From positions 87,857-151,856 of the forward strand of contig JBJHBP010000002.1 in the NCBI GenBank assembly GCA_050485545.1: a stretch of DNA of 64,000 nt. The letters run 5' to 3'. Under the pieces are notes generated by a model. The model was not told the DNA's origin, made no database searches, and saw only the letters and a list, made by a program, of their open reading frames with translations. Below, one piece after another: positions 1 to 9,582 of the stretch. This stretch comes from Gammaproteobacteria bacterium (lineage in GTDB: Bacteria; Pseudomonadota; Gammaproteobacteria; Steroidobacterales; Rariloculaceae). The position numbers were made by a program, and so were the translations under genes. Position 1 is the stretch's first letter; the number at the start of each line of letters is the position of its first letter.

Positions 1-1416
1 GGCGTCGTCAACGTCGTCACGCGCCGGCCCACGGATGGCCTCAGCGGTCGCGTCGGGGTCGAGTCCGGACGGTTCGCGACCCGCAAGCTCGACGCCAGCG
101 TGGCCGGTGCCAGCGAAGCCGGCGACTTCTACCTGTCGGTGACCGATTTCACGACCGACGGTTTCAATGCGCGCACCAGCGACACGGTGCTTCAGGACGA
201 CGATGGCGCCGACAACACCACCGTGCACCTGCGCCTGGGCTGGAACCCGACCGAGCATCTGCGCGTACAGCTGGTCGGGCGCGACATCGATGCGTGGACG
301 ATGTACGACGGCTGCTTCGACTCGGCCACATTCGAAACCGTCCACGACTGTGAGGCGACCACCGAGCAGACCACGTGGCGCGCATCGGCCGAGTTCGGTC
401 GCGGCCCGGTCAGTCATCTGTTCGCCTACAGTCATGTCGATATCGACCGCGACAACTTGACGAGCGGCGTCAGTGCGTTCGCATCCCGCGGTGAAACCGG
501 GCGCCTCGAGTACACCGGCAGCTACTCGCCTGCCGGCGACTGGACGCTGGTGTACGGACTGGATCTGCAGAGCGAACTCATGCACGGCACCGAGCGCAGC
601 GAGCGCGATCAGCGCGGCTACTACGTCGAGTATCAGGGGCGCCTTGGTGACGCCTTTTATCTGTCGATCGGCACCCGTTACGACGACAACGACGATTTCG
701 GAACACATCTCAGTTCCCGCGTCAGCGGCGCGTATGTACAGTCGCTGCGCAGTGGCGACACGCTGAAATACCGGGCCAGCTACGGCACCGGCTTCCGCGC
801 GCCCAGCCTGTATGAAATCACGTTCAATGCCGCCGCCACGTCGCCGCCGGCTTCGGAGGTGACGCTGCAGGAGGAAACCAGTCGCGGCTGGGATGTCGGT
901 GTCGACTACGACACGTTTGGTGGCCTGCACCTGGGCCTTGGCTGGTTCAGCCAGCGGGTCAACGATGAAATCATCTTCGATCCCATCACCTGGACCGGTT
1001 ACCTGCAGCCGGCCGGCCGCAGTGTTTCGGATGGCGCGGAGCTGGTGACGCACGTACCGCTGACCAACCGCTGGGCCTTCATCGGCAACTGGACGTACAA
1101 CGAAACGCGCACCGCCGACGATCAGCCCAGACTGCGCCGACCGCGCAACACCGGCAACGCCGGTGCGCTGTACACCTCGTCGGACACCAGGCTGCGGCTG
1201 GCCGCGAACCTGCGCGTGCTGCGTGGTTCCGTCGACGTCGGCATGGCGCCGCTGGACAACTATCGCGTGTTCGATCTGTCCGCTGCCTACCAGCTGTCGT
1301 CAACGGTCGAGGTGCACGGACGCATCGAGAACATGAGCGACGCGTCGTACATCGAGCTGGACGGCTACAACACGGCCGGGCGTGCCGCCTACGCAGGCGT
1401 CAGGCTGCGATTCTAG
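1..1416 (+). CDS. TonB-dependent outer-membrane receptor, C-terminal barrel part (5' end upstream of window; BtuB-like)
   Basis: Frame 1 is open from base 1 (GVVNVVTRRP...) and continues into ORF 100..1416. It has an alternating beta-strand pattern and ends ...AYAGVRLRF, with the terminal aromatic residue typical of TBDR barrels. Confidence 0.85.
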   Translation, partial: GVVNVVTRRPTDGLSGRVGVESGRFATRKLDASVAGASEAGDFYLSVTDFTTDGFNARTSDTVLQDDDGADNTTVHLRLGWNPTEHLRVQLVGRDIDAWTMYDGCFDSATFETVHDCEATTEQTTWRASAEFGRGPVSHLFAYSHVDIDRDNLTSGVSAFASRGETGRLEYTGSYSPAGDWTLVYGLDLQSELMHGTERSERDQRGYYVEYQGRLGDAFYLSIGTRYDDNDDFGTHLSSRVSGAYVQSLRSGDTLKYRASYGTGFRAPSLYEITFNAAATSPPASEVTLQEETSRGWDVGVDYDTFGGLHLGLGWFSQRVNDEIIFDPITWTGYLQPAGRSVSDGAELVTHVPLTNRWAFIGNWTYNETRTADDQPRLRRPRNTGNAGALYTSSDTRLRLAANLRVLRGSVDVGMAPLDNYRVFDLSAAYQLSSTVEVHGRIENMSDASYIELDGYNTAGRAAYAGVRLRF

Positions 1417-1445
1417 CGGCGGACATCGTTCACAGGAACCAACCC

Positions 1446-1745
1446 ATGAAGAAGGCGCACAGTCGCGACAAGCCACAAGGCCTGAAGAATCCGAACTTCA
1501 ACCGCATCATGCGCGGCCTCGAGGAGGCAACCGCCTATGCGCGCGGGGAAGCGGATCTGAAGCGGTATCGTGTCCACGTTCCAGAGACCGTGGACGTAGC
1601 GGCCGTTCGCGCCGGCCTCGGCTCGGCCGCAGCGCAGTGCCTCGTTCAGACAGTCGTTGTCGATCGGGCCATCGATTCGCGGCACAGTGGCCATGGGATT
1701 AATCCGGGGCGTCCGCGCCCTCCGCATCCTCCACGTCCGGACTGA
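1446..1745 (+). pseudogene. Probable remnant of a short XRE/HTH-type antitoxin gene (only about 60 N-terminal codons look native)
   Basis: MKKAHSRDKPQGLKNPNFNRIMRGLEEATAYARGEADLKRYRVHVPETVDVAAVRAGLG resembles the conserved leader of short HTH antitoxins. The expected HTH segment (..LSQxEFA..WEQGRR..) is absent in all three frames after about 1620. The tail overlaps ORF 1699..2019(-). Confidence 0.3.
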
Positions 1746-2019
1746 CATCGACTTCTTCGGGGTCAGGCGTTGTCTCGTCCGTCACCGCCAGAGACATTTG
1801 CATGATCATATCAGTGACACTGACGAGGCCCAGGTTGCGCAAGTCTTCGGCAGTAATCACCTGTACGGCGTCTGGGCTGCCGAAGTCCTGGAGGCGAGGG
1901 TGCATCATATGCGGAGGATCAACGCATGGATTGCACAGTGATTCCTGAGATTCCTGAGCCGACGCCAATGGTGGGGCCATGATGGCGGCGCATCCCACGA
2001 CCGCATATATCCAGCGCAT
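1699..2019 (-). CDS. Small secreted protein, or a 5' fragment of a TonB-dependent receptor gene
   Basis: Signal peptide MRWIYAVVGCAAIMAPPLASAQ, a plug-like motif VQVITAEDLRNLGLVSVTDMI, then an unrelated acidic tail (DPEEVDVSPDVEDAEGADAPD). At 106 aa it is far too short for a receptor. Confidence 0.35.
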   Translation of the reverse strand: MRWIYAVVGCAAIMAPPLASAQESQESLCNPCVDPPHMMHPRLQDFGSPDAVQVITAEDLRNLGLVSVTDMIMQMSLAVTDETTPDPEEVDVSPDVEDAEGADAPD

Positions 2020-2144
2020 TGGACTCTCCTGTGGCGAGCCGCGACCTGCGCAACCATCCCGTTGCGACAGCGCGTCGGCAGCCTTGACGCATGTGTGGTG
2101 TAGTGCCTGCTTCAGGGTCAGTCTAGCTCATGAAGCCCTCGCTG

Positions 2145-3335
2145 CTACGCAAACCGCACGCTGTAAATCGGCGGAAAGTTGTTGCCCGCGCAGACCCAGC
2201 TTTCGCCGCCATCCTCACTGATATACAGGTTGCCGGTCGTGCTGCCGAAGGCCAGACGTTTGCCGCTGAGGTCGAGCGCATGCCGGTACACGGTGTCGTG
2301 GGCGTTCTCCTGCGGCAGTCCCTCGCGCAGCTGCTCCCAGGTTTCGCCGCCATCCTGCGTGCGGCCGACGAACAGGCCGCCGTCGATGGCCATGCGCTGC
2401 TCATCGGACTTCGCCGGCAGGACCCAGGCCGTCCTGCCGTCGGCTTCGTCCGCGGCCACCGGAAAGCCGAAGTTCACGTCGCTGTCCGGGTTGCTCACCT
2501 TCTTCCACTGCTGCGCACCGTTGCCGCTGTAGAAGATGCCCACATGGTTCTGCTGCCAGACATGGTCCGGCTGCTTCCTGCACAGCGTGATGAAATGCGG
2601 GTCGTGGCCCCATTCGGCTTCAGGGTCCGGCAGGTGCTCATTTGCCATGCCCTTGTTGCGGCCGTGCCAGGTCTGGCCGTCGTCGGTGGTTTCGATCACG
2701 CCGGCGCAGGAGACCGCCACCAGCATGCGCCGGCTGTCGCGCGGATCGACGGCGATGCTGTGTATGCCGGCGGCGAATTCGCCGCTTTCCATCGACGCCG
2801 GCGTGCCGAACCAGTACCGGCTGCCGTCGGTTTCGCCGTTGAACAGGTCGCCGCCGCGGCTTTCGTGGTTCCACAGCGGGCGGTTCAGCTCAAAACTGTC
2901 GCCGCCGTCGTTGCTGGTGAACAGGCCGCCGGGAATCGTGCCGACGTATACGCGCCCCGGCTGATCGGCGCCGCCGAAGCCGATGACCCAGAGCTTGAGC
3001 AGCTTCGCGTCCTTGTAGTTGGGCACCTTCGGCGTGTCGTCCGGCGTGGCTTCACCCTCGGGTGTCGGCACCCAGCCCTCCACGTAGCGCGCGCCCTGCG
3101 GATACTTCACCTGGCCGGAGTCCGCCCAGGTTTTGCCACCATCGGTGGAGCGCGAGAGCTTCGAGCCCCAGTGGCCGTGATCGAGCGCAGCCCACAGCGT
3201 GCCGTCACGCGGATCCGCGCAGGCGTAGCAGACCGGGATCCCGGGATGGGCGATCGGCCGCGGCTGCCAGCCGCCGCTGAGACGGTCGAGTATGATCGCG
3301 CCCTTGCGCGTGCCAAGAATCAACTGGTCGGACAT
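2145..3335 (-). CDS. BNR/Asp-box repeat beta-propeller protein (sialidase-like / Ycf48-like fold), no signal peptide
   Basis: At least five Asp-boxes (STDGGKTW, SNDGGDSF, TTDDGQTW, TQDGGETW, SEDGGESW) at propeller-like spacing. GGAGG RBS in the 11-nt gap after the upstream ThiS-like gene. Confidence 0.8.
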   Translation of the reverse strand: MSDQLILGTRKGAIILDRLSGGWQPRPIAHPGIPVCYACADPRDGTLWAALDHGHWGSKLSRSTDGGKTWADSGQVKYPQGARYVEGWVPTPEGEATPDDTPKVPNYKDAKLLKLWVIGFGGADQPGRVYVGTIPGGLFTSNDGGDSFELNRPLWNHESRGGDLFNGETDGSRYWFGTPASMESGEFAAGIHSIAVDPRDSRRMLVAVSCAGVIETTDDGQTWHGRNKGMANEHLPDPEAEWGHDPHFITLCRKQPDHVWQQNHVGIFYSGNGAQQWKKVSNPDSDVNFGFPVAADEADGRTAWVLPAKSDEQRMAIDGGLFVGRTQDGGETWEQLREGLPQENAHDTVYRHALDLSGKRLAFGSTTGNLYISEDGGESWVCAGNNFPPIYSVRFA

Positions 3336-3346
3336 GGAACCTCCGC

Positions 3347-3625
3347 TTATCCCCCGCTGAGCGCCTGCAGAATGTGAACCCGGCTGCCAGGCCTGATCCT
3401 GTCGGTCAATGCGCGTCGGTCGGCGATCAGCTCGTTGTCGACGAAGATGTTGACGTGCGGGCGCAGGCCTCCCCGCTCGTCACACAGATAGAACGCAATC
3501 CCCGGCGCGATCCTTTCAAGCTCGGCGACCACCTGCGCGGCGTTGCCCGCCTGAACCTCGATCGACATCCCCTCCAGGTGCGGGAAGAAGCGATTCAGAT
3601 GACGTGCCAGTTGCACCTTGACCAT
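3347..3625 (-). CDS. MoaD/ThiS-family ubiquitin-like small protein with C-terminal Gly-Gly
   Basis: 92 aa, beta-grasp-like, ending ...VHILQALSGG directly before the stop. Located 11 nt upstream of the BNR gene. Confidence 0.8.
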   Translation of the reverse strand: MVKVQLARHLNRFFPHLEGMSIEVQAGNAAQVVAELERIAPGIAFYLCDERGGLRPHVNIFVDNELIADRRALTDRIRPGSRVHILQALSGG

Positions 3626-3704
3626 CAGCGGGATGATACACGAGGCGGTGACGATGCCAAGCGTTCAGCCACAGCCACCAAGCGTTCGCGAACCGACGCG
3701 CAGC

Positions 3705-4718
3705 TTACTGCGCCGAGGCCGATGCGCCGGTCACAAGCAACATGCGCGTGCCGCTGTCGAGACGAACATGACGCGAGGCTGAGCTGATCACCGAGCCCTC
3801 GGCGCCACCGGCCGCCATCGAAGCGATCTCCAGGCCCTCCAGGCCAAAGGCGCCACGCGTGCCGGACACGAAGTGCCCCGCCGTATCCAGGCCACCCACG
3901 GCGCCAGCCGGGACATCGAGCGAGCTTGTGACCGTGGCAGCTGCCGACCCGGCTGCAGCAGCGGCCGCACCGCCTGAGCCGGCCGCGCTGCCTGCGACCC
4001 GCCCGCCCGCCTGGGCCGCGCCCTCGGTCGCGCGACCTGCTGTCGACGTCGTGCCGCCTCCGATCGAACCGATCGCGCCACCCACAGCGGTACCGCTGCC
4101 GCCGAGCACGCCACCAGCGGCCGCACCGCCACGCGCCGCCCCGGCTGCGCTGCCACCTGCATCCGCGGAACCGAAGCCGCGGCCACCCGGATCCGCCGAG
4201 GCCGCAGACCGTGCCGCGGCAAGCGCCTGGATCGTGGCGTTCATCGGCACCTCACGGCCGTCACTCAGAACCGCCTTGTCGAATACGATCGCCAGCGCGG
4301 ACTCGCTGCCCGCCCCGGCCGAGCGCGACGCCCGCCGGTACGCCTGGGCAGTCGTGACGCGACCGACCAGCATGGTGCCCCGCTCGATGACAATGCCGCT
4401 CTCGGAACGCATGTCCTCGGCCAGTCTCGCACGCACTTCGTCACCCGGGCGCGCTCGGCGTGCGTCCACGGGCCGCTCGAGGGTCGCATTCATCTCGGTG
4501 CCGCTGGCGAACTGGCCGGATGCGCTCCGCGAGCCGCTGTCGATGCCAGCACCGCCGGAGGCGTCGCTGCGCTGGGAAGCCTGCGCGCCATCGCGCCCGG
4601 CCGAAACCGAAGCTTCGGATCGGGACGAGGCCGAACCCTGCGCGGTGGCGGATTGTTGAGCCAGAGCACCATGGCTGATGGCCAGCGAGGCCGCAATGAT
4701 CACGATTCCTGTCTTCAT
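3705..4718 (-). CDS. Secreted Ala/Gly/Ser-rich low-complexity protein, unknown function
   Basis: Start moved to the internal ATG at 4718 (MKTGIVIIAASLAISHGALAQQ signal peptide). A structured central part (RPGDEVRARLAEDMRSESGIVIERGTMLVGRVT...LAIVFDKAVLSDGREVPMNATIQAL) is followed by a long G/A/S tract. Confidence 0.6.
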   Translation of the reverse strand: MKTGIVIIAASLAISHGALAQQSATAQGSASSRSEASVSAGRDGAQASQRSDASGGAGIDSGSRSASGQFASGTEMNATLERPVDARRARPGDEVRARLAEDMRSESGIVIERGTMLVGRVTTAQAYRRASRSAGAGSESALAIVFDKAVLSDGREVPMNATIQALAAARSAASADPGGRGFGSADAGGSAAGAARGGAAAGGVLGGSGTAVGGAIGSIGGGTTSTAGRATEGAAQAGGRVAGSAAGSGGAAAAAAGSAAATVTSSLDVPAGAVGGLDTAGHFVSGTRGAFGLEGLEIASMAAGGAEGSVISSASRHVRLDSGTRMLLVTGASASAQ

Positions 4719-4871
4719 GGCTGTACATCCTCTATCTGTCAGGCGCACTGCCTGCGCCAGGCGTACGCCAATATGTGCGTACATGCCTATAACGGATGGG
4801 GCAGCCGTTTTGTTCCATGTGCCAGGATCGGGAAATACGAAGGCCGCGTGCCGGAACGCCGCAGCGTCTCA

Positions 4872-4899
4872 TCGACCTTTCGCCACGATCAGCTAGAAT
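4872..4899 (+). promoter_or_regulatory. Candidate sigma70-type promoter for the aldolase gene (TCGACC-16 nt-TAGAAT)
   Basis: TAGAAT at 4894-4899, 35 nt before the GTG start. A weak -35 TCGACC lies 16 nt upstream. Confidence 0.3.
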
Positions 4900-4933
4900 G
4901 GGCCTTCTCCCAACAGAACCCGTGAGGACGACC

Positions 4934-5830
4934 GTGAAAAATTTCGATCAGCAGCTTTCCAAGATCAGGGAAAAGAGCGGTGCGTTCATTGCGGCACTGG
5001 ATCAGAGTGGTGGCAGCACGCCGAAGGCGCTGAAGCTTTATGGCATTGGCGAGGACGCGTACCGCAATGAGGACGAGATGTACGATGTCGTGCACGAGAT
5101 GCGCACGCGCATCGTGACTTCGCCCTCGTTCGACGGCAGGCGCATCCTCGGCTCGATTCTGTTCGAGAACACCATGAATCGTGACGTCGCGGGCAAGCCG
5201 ACGCCGATCTACCTCTGGGAAGACAAGCAGGTCGTCCCGTTCCTGAAGGTGGACAAGGGCCTGGCCGATGTTCATGACGACGTGCAGCTGATGAAGCCGA
5301 TGCCGGACCTGGACACATTGCTCGATCGCGGCATCAGTCGAGGCGTGTTCGGCACCAAGATGCGCTCGGTGATCAAGCGCGCGAACGCCAAGGGCATTGC
5401 CGCGATCGTGCAGCAGCAGTTCGATGCAGGTCGGCAGATTCTTGCAAAGGGTCTGGTGCCGATCATTGAACCGGAAGTCGACATCAAGGCGCCGGACAAG
5501 ACGGAAGCCGAAGACATCCTCAAGGCCGAGATCACCAAGCAGCTGAACGCGCTGTCACCCGACCAGAAGGTCATGCTGAAGCTGACCATTCCGAGCAAGG
5601 ACAATCTGTACGCGGACCTGATGGCGCACCCGAACGTGCTCAAGGTCGTGGCGCTGTCCGGTGGCTATTCGCGCGAGGAAGCCAATGCCCGGCTGGCACG
5701 CAACAACGGCATGGTTGCGAGCTTCTCGCGCGCGCTGGCCGAAGGGCTCACCGCGCAGATGTCCGACGACCAGTTCAACCGCGCACTGGATGCGTCGATA
5801 GAGAGCATCTATCAGGCGTCGAAAACCTGA
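4934..5830 (+). CDS. fda: Fructose-bisphosphate aldolase, class I (Staphylococcus Fda-type)
   Basis: [45 protein letters not shown] and [11 protein letters not shown] are collinear with Fda-type class I aldolases of about 296 aa. GTG start at 4934 is preceded by GAGGA; the longer ORF from 4796 has no homologous N-terminus. Confidence 0.85.
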   Translation: MKNFDQQLSKIREKSGAFIAALDQSGGSTPKALKLYGIGEDAYRNEDEMYDVVHEMRTRIVTSPSFDGRRILGSILFENTMNRDVAGKPTPIYLWEDKQVVPFLKVDKGLADVHDDVQLMKPMPDLDTLLDRGISRGVFGTKMRSVIKRANAKGIAAIVQQQFDAGRQILAKGLVPIIEPEVDIKAPDKTEAEDILKAEITKQLNALSPDQKVMLKLTIPSKDNLYADLMAHPNVLKVVALSGGYSREEANARLARNNGMVASFSRALAEGLTAQMSDDQFNRALDASIESIYQASKT

Positions 5831-5852
5831 CGCAATCCGGTAAACCGAAAGC

Positions 5853-8726
5853 TCAGCTGCGTCGCCCGGGGTCTGCCAGCACCGCGCCTGGTTCGGTCTC
5901 GGGCAGTACGGTGCGCAGCGCTGCGCCGGTATGTGAATCCTCCACGTCGGCCACCACCTCGGGTGGCCCGCTGGCGATGATCCGCCCACCGCCGGCGCCG
6001 CCTTCGGGGCCCAGATCGACAATCCAGTCGGCGGCCTTGATCACATCCAGATTGTGCTCGATGATCACGATCGTGTTGCCCTGGTCACGCAGCTGATACA
6101 GCACTTCCAGCAGCTGCGCGATGTCGTGGAAATGCAGCCCGGTCGTTGGTTCATCGAGCACATAGAGCGTGGACCCGGTGCTGCGCTTGGACAGCTCCTT
6201 CGCCAGCTTCACGCGCTGCGCTTCGCCGCCCGACAGCGTCGTGGCGTTCTGGCCCAGCCGCACGTAGGTGAGTCCCACCGCGGCCAGTGTGTCGAGCTTG
6301 CGGGCAATCACGGGCACGTTGCGGAAGAATGCCTGGCCTTCCTCGACCGTGAGCGTCAGGATCTCGTGGATGTTCCTGCCCTTGTAGCGGACGTCCAGCG
6401 TCTCGCGGTTGTAGCGCTGCCCGGCGCACACATCGCAGGGCACGTAGATGTCCGGCAGAAAGTGCATCTCCACCTTGATCACGCCGTCACCCTGGCAGGC
6501 TTCGCAGCGACCGCCCTTGACGTTGAAACTGAAGCGGCCGGGCTGGTAGCCGCGTGAACGGGCCTCCTGCGTTGCGGCGAACAGTTCGCGGATCGGCGTG
6601 AACAGACCGGTGTAGGTGGCCGGATTGGAGCGCGGCGTGCGCCCGATCGGCGCCTGGCTGATGTCGATCACACGGTCGATCATTTCGATGCCTTCGAGGC
6701 CGTCGCAGGGCGCGGCCTCGACCGAACTGCCATTGAGCTGCTCGGCGATATGGGCATACAGCGTGTCGTTGATCAGTGTGCTCTTGCCCGAGCCCGATAC
6801 GCCGGTGACGCAGGTGATCAGGCCGAGCGGTATTTCGCAGTCGACGTTCTTCAGATTGTTGCCGCGCGCGCCGCGCACCTTCAGCATGCGCTCGGGATCG
6901 ACCTCATTGCGCAGCGGCGGAAGCGGAATTCGCCGCCGTCCGGACAGGTACTGTCCGGTGAGTGACGCGGGGTTGGCGATGAGCTCGGCGGGCGTGCCTT
7001 CGGCCACCACCCGACCGCCGTGCGCGCCGGCGCCAGGGCCCAGATCCACAACGTGGTCGGCCGCCATGATGGTGTCGCGATCATGCTCGACCACGAGCAC
7101 GGAGTTACCCAGATCGCGCAGCCGGAACAGCGTGGTCAGCAGGCGCTCGTGGTCGCGGTGGTGCAGTCCGATGGACGGTTCATCGAGGATGTACATCACA
7201 CCCACCAGTCCCGAGCCGATCTGGCTGGCGAGGCGGATGCGCTGCGCCTCACCCCCGGAGAGCGTGTCCGCGCTGCGATCCAGCGTCAGATAGCCCAGGC
7301 CCACATCGGCGAGAAAGCGCAGCCGGCTGCCGATTTCCAGCACGATCTTGTCGGCGATTTCGCCGCGCCAGCCGGCCAGTTTCAGGTTTTCGAAGAAACC
7401 CAGGGCGTCGTCCACGCCCAGGCCCGAGATTTCGTGCAGCGGTCGGTCTTCGACGAACACATTGCGCGCGGCGACGTTCAGACGGGTGCCGTTGCAGCTG
7501 CGGCATGGCTGTATGCTCTGGAACTTGCCCAGTTCCTCGCGTACGGCGTTGGATTCGGTTTCCTGCCAGCGCCGCTGCATGTTGGGAATGATGCCCTCGA
7601 ACGGGTGGCGCGACTGGTACTCGCTGCCGCGCGCATTCACATAGCGGAACTCGATGGTTTCGCGTCCGCTGCCCTCCAGTACGATGGCGCGGACCTTCTC
7701 CGGCAGCGAATCGAAGGGCTGCTCGATGTCGAAGTCGTAGTGCGCGGCCAGCGACTGGATCATCTGGAAGTAGTAGGGGTTGCGCCGGTCCCAGCCGCGT
7801 ATCGCGCCGCCGGCCAGCGAAAGCTGCGGATGACGCACGACACGTTCGGCGTCGAAGAAGCGGCGCACACCCAGGCCGTCGCAGTCTGAACAGGCGCCCA
7901 GCGGGTTGTTGAACGAAAACAGCCGCGGCTCCAGTTCCCGCAGGCTGTAACCGCACAGCGCGCAGGCGAACCGGTTCGAGAACACCATGGGTTCGGCGTC
8001 GGTTTCGTCCATGGGCACCACCCAGGCCACGCCGTCGCCCAGCGTCAGAGCGGTGTCGAAGGACTCAGCCAGCCGCAGCGCGATGTCGGGTCGCACGCGG
8101 ATGCGATCGACAATCACCTCGATGCTGTGTTTCTGGCGCGGATTCAGCTTCGGCGGATCGTCCAGCTCCACCGCCTGGCCGTCGATGCGCGCGCGCAGAT
8201 AGCCCTGCGTGCTCAGCGTCTTCAGCAGCTCGACGTGCTCGCCCTTGCGCTCGCGCACCACCGGCGCCAGCAGCATCAGTCGCGCGCCATCGCCGCTGGC
8301 CAGCACCTTGTCCACCATCTGCGACACGTTCTGCGCGTCCAGCGTGGTGCCATGCTCGGGGCAGCGCGGTGTGCCTGCGCGCGCATACAGCAGGCGCAGA
8401 TAGTCGTAGATCTCGGTGACGGTGCCGACGGTGGAGCGCGGATTGTGCGACGTCGATTTCTGCTCGATGGAGATGGCCGGCGACAGGCCCTCGATGTGGT
8501 CGACGTCGGGCTTGTCCATCATCGACAGGAACTGTCGCGCGTAGGCCGACAGCGACTCCACGTAACGGCGCTGGCCTTCGGCATACAGCGTATCGAATGC
8601 CAGCGACGACTTGCCCGAGCCCGAAAGCCCGGTGATGACGACCAGCCGGTCGCGCGGCAGATCAAGGTCCACCCCCTTGAGGTTGTGAGTGCGTGCGCCG
8701 CGTATCTGTATCTGCTTCATGGACAT
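5853..8726 (-). CDS. uvrA: Excinuclease ABC subunit A
   Basis: [66 protein letters not shown], two ABC modules and zinc-finger cysteines. The upstream 127 codons of the ORF (from a TTG at 9107) are a non-homologous extension. Confidence 0.97.
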   Translation of the reverse strand: MSMKQIQIRGARTHNLKGVDLDLPRDRLVVITGLSGSGKSSLAFDTLYAEGQRRYVESLSAYARQFLSMMDKPDVDHIEGLSPAISIEQKSTSHNPRSTVGTVTEIYDYLRLLYARAGTPRCPEHGTTLDAQNVSQMVDKVLASGDGARLMLLAPVVRERKGEHVELLKTLSTQGYLRARIDGQAVELDDPPKLNPRQKHSIEVIVDRIRVRPDIALRLAESFDTALTLGDGVAWVVPMDETDAEPMVFSNRFACALCGYSLRELEPRLFSFNNPLGACSDCDGLGVRRFFDAERVVRHPQLSLAGGAIRGWDRRNPYYFQMIQSLAAHYDFDIEQPFDSLPEKVRAIVLEGSGRETIEFRYVNARGSEYQSRHPFEGIIPNMQRRWQETESNAVREELGKFQSIQPCRSCNGTRLNVAARNVFVEDRPLHEISGLGVDDALGFFENLKLAGWRGEIADKIVLEIGSRLRFLADVGLGYLTLDRSADTLSGGEAQRIRLASQIGSGLVGVMYILDEPSIGLHHRDHERLLTTLFRLRDLGNSVLVVEHDRDTIMAADHVVDLGPGAGAHGGRVVAEGTPAELIANPASLTGQYLSGRRRIPLPPLRNEVDPERMLKVRGARGNNLKNVDCEIPLGLITCVTGVSGSGKSTLINDTLYAHIAEQLNGSSVEAAPCDGLEGIEMIDRVIDISQAPIGRTPRSNPATYTGLFTPIRELFAATQEARSRGYQPGRFSFNVKGGRCEACQGDGVIKVEMHFLPDIYVPCDVCAGQRYNRETLDVRYKGRNIHEILTLTVEEGQAFFRNVPVIARKLDTLAAVGLTYVRLGQNATTLSGGEAQRVKLAKELSKRSTGSTLYVLDEPTTGLHFHDIAQLLEVLYQLRDQGNTIVIIEHNLDVIKAADWIVDLGPEGGAGGGRIIASGPPEVVADVEDSHTGAALRTVLPETEPGAVLADPGRRS

Positions 8727-9069
8727 TCGGGATCGAACCTCGAACCTGGGCCTGTCGCCGTGGGAACCGGAGCCTGCGTGGCCGGAGCGGCGCGCAGGCA
8801 ATCGGGTACTATACGCGGCGCAAAATCGTCCGCGCAAAGCCGGGTTGCGCCCTGTTACGGTGCCTCGACGCGCAGAGCGCGGGGCCGGGCCGTTCCGGCC
8901 CGATTGCGCGGTGCCGGTGACGGAGGCGGGCCTGGCTGTCGGCCGCGCCGGATGCGCGCCGTACAGCAATAATTGCGCATTAGAGTCGGATACGTAGCTG
9001 TGCACGACGGGGTCAGCGCGTACAATGGCGCGCAATCCACGAAAACAGCACACCGGTTCAGGAGCTTTC

Positions 9070-9531
9070 ATGTCCAGGGGAATCAACAAGGTCATCCTCG
9101 TCGGCAATCTGGGTGCAGACCCGGAAACCCGCTACATGCCCAGTGGCGGCGCCGTCACGAACATCCGCATTGCCACCAGCGAGAGCTGGAAGGACAAGAA
9201 CACCGGTGATCAGCAGGAACGCACCGAGTGGCATCGCGTGGCGCTGTTCGGCCGTCTGGCCGAGGTTGCGGCCGAGTACCTGCGCAAGGGTTCGCAGGTC
9301 TACATCGAAGGCAAGATCCGCACCCGGAAATGGCAGGACAAGGATGGCGGTGATCGCTATTCCACCGAAATCGTCGCCAATGAGATGCAGATGCTGGGCG
9401 GCCGCGGCGGCGCTGGCGGCGCTGGCGGCGGTAGCGGCAGTGGTGGTGGCGGTTCGGGTTCGCAGGGTTCATCGCAGGCCATGCCCGACGATGGCCCGCC
9501 GGGTGACTTCGACGATGACATTCCGTTCTGA
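9070..9531 (+). CDS. ssb: Single-stranded DNA-binding protein
   Basis: [43 protein letters not shown]...TEWHRV, a Gly-rich linker and the acidic tip [15 protein letters not shown] at 9061. Divergent from uvrA. Confidence 0.97.
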   Translation: MSRGINKVILVGNLGADPETRYMPSGGAVTNIRIATSESWKDKNTGDQQERTEWHRVALFGRLAEVAAEYLRKGSQVYIEGKIRTRKWQDKDGGDRYSTEIVANEMQMLGGRGGAGGAGGGSGSGGGGSGSQGSSQAMPDDGPPGDFDDDIPF

Positions 9532-9582
9532 GCGATACCTTCGCGGGCATGGAATCCTGATGCCACAGACAGGAGCAGTTAC

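Noticed and set aside
8727-9069. Looked for an SOS (LexA) box in the 343-bp divergent uvrA/ssb spacer
   Set aside because: There is no CTGT-N8-ACAG. The nearest candidates (CTGTGCACGACGGGGTCAG; TTAGAGTCGGATACGTA versus a Xanthomonas-type TTAG-N6-TACTA) have wrong spacing or mismatches. I cannot support a call without a genome-specific LexA motif.
8727-9107. N-terminal 127-codon extension of the uvrA ORF (and similar extensions at 17782-18210 for the ALDH, 32901-33368 for the GST and 23957-24115 for the membrane protein)
   Set aside because: The extensions begin at arbitrary upstream starts and are Arg/Pro/Gly-rich. They precede well-conserved N-termini that have their own start codons and RBS-like sequences.
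9400-9470. GGC/GGT-rich tandem tract
   Set aside because: It encodes the normal Gly-rich linker of SSB between the OB fold and the acidic tip, so it is not an independent repeat element.
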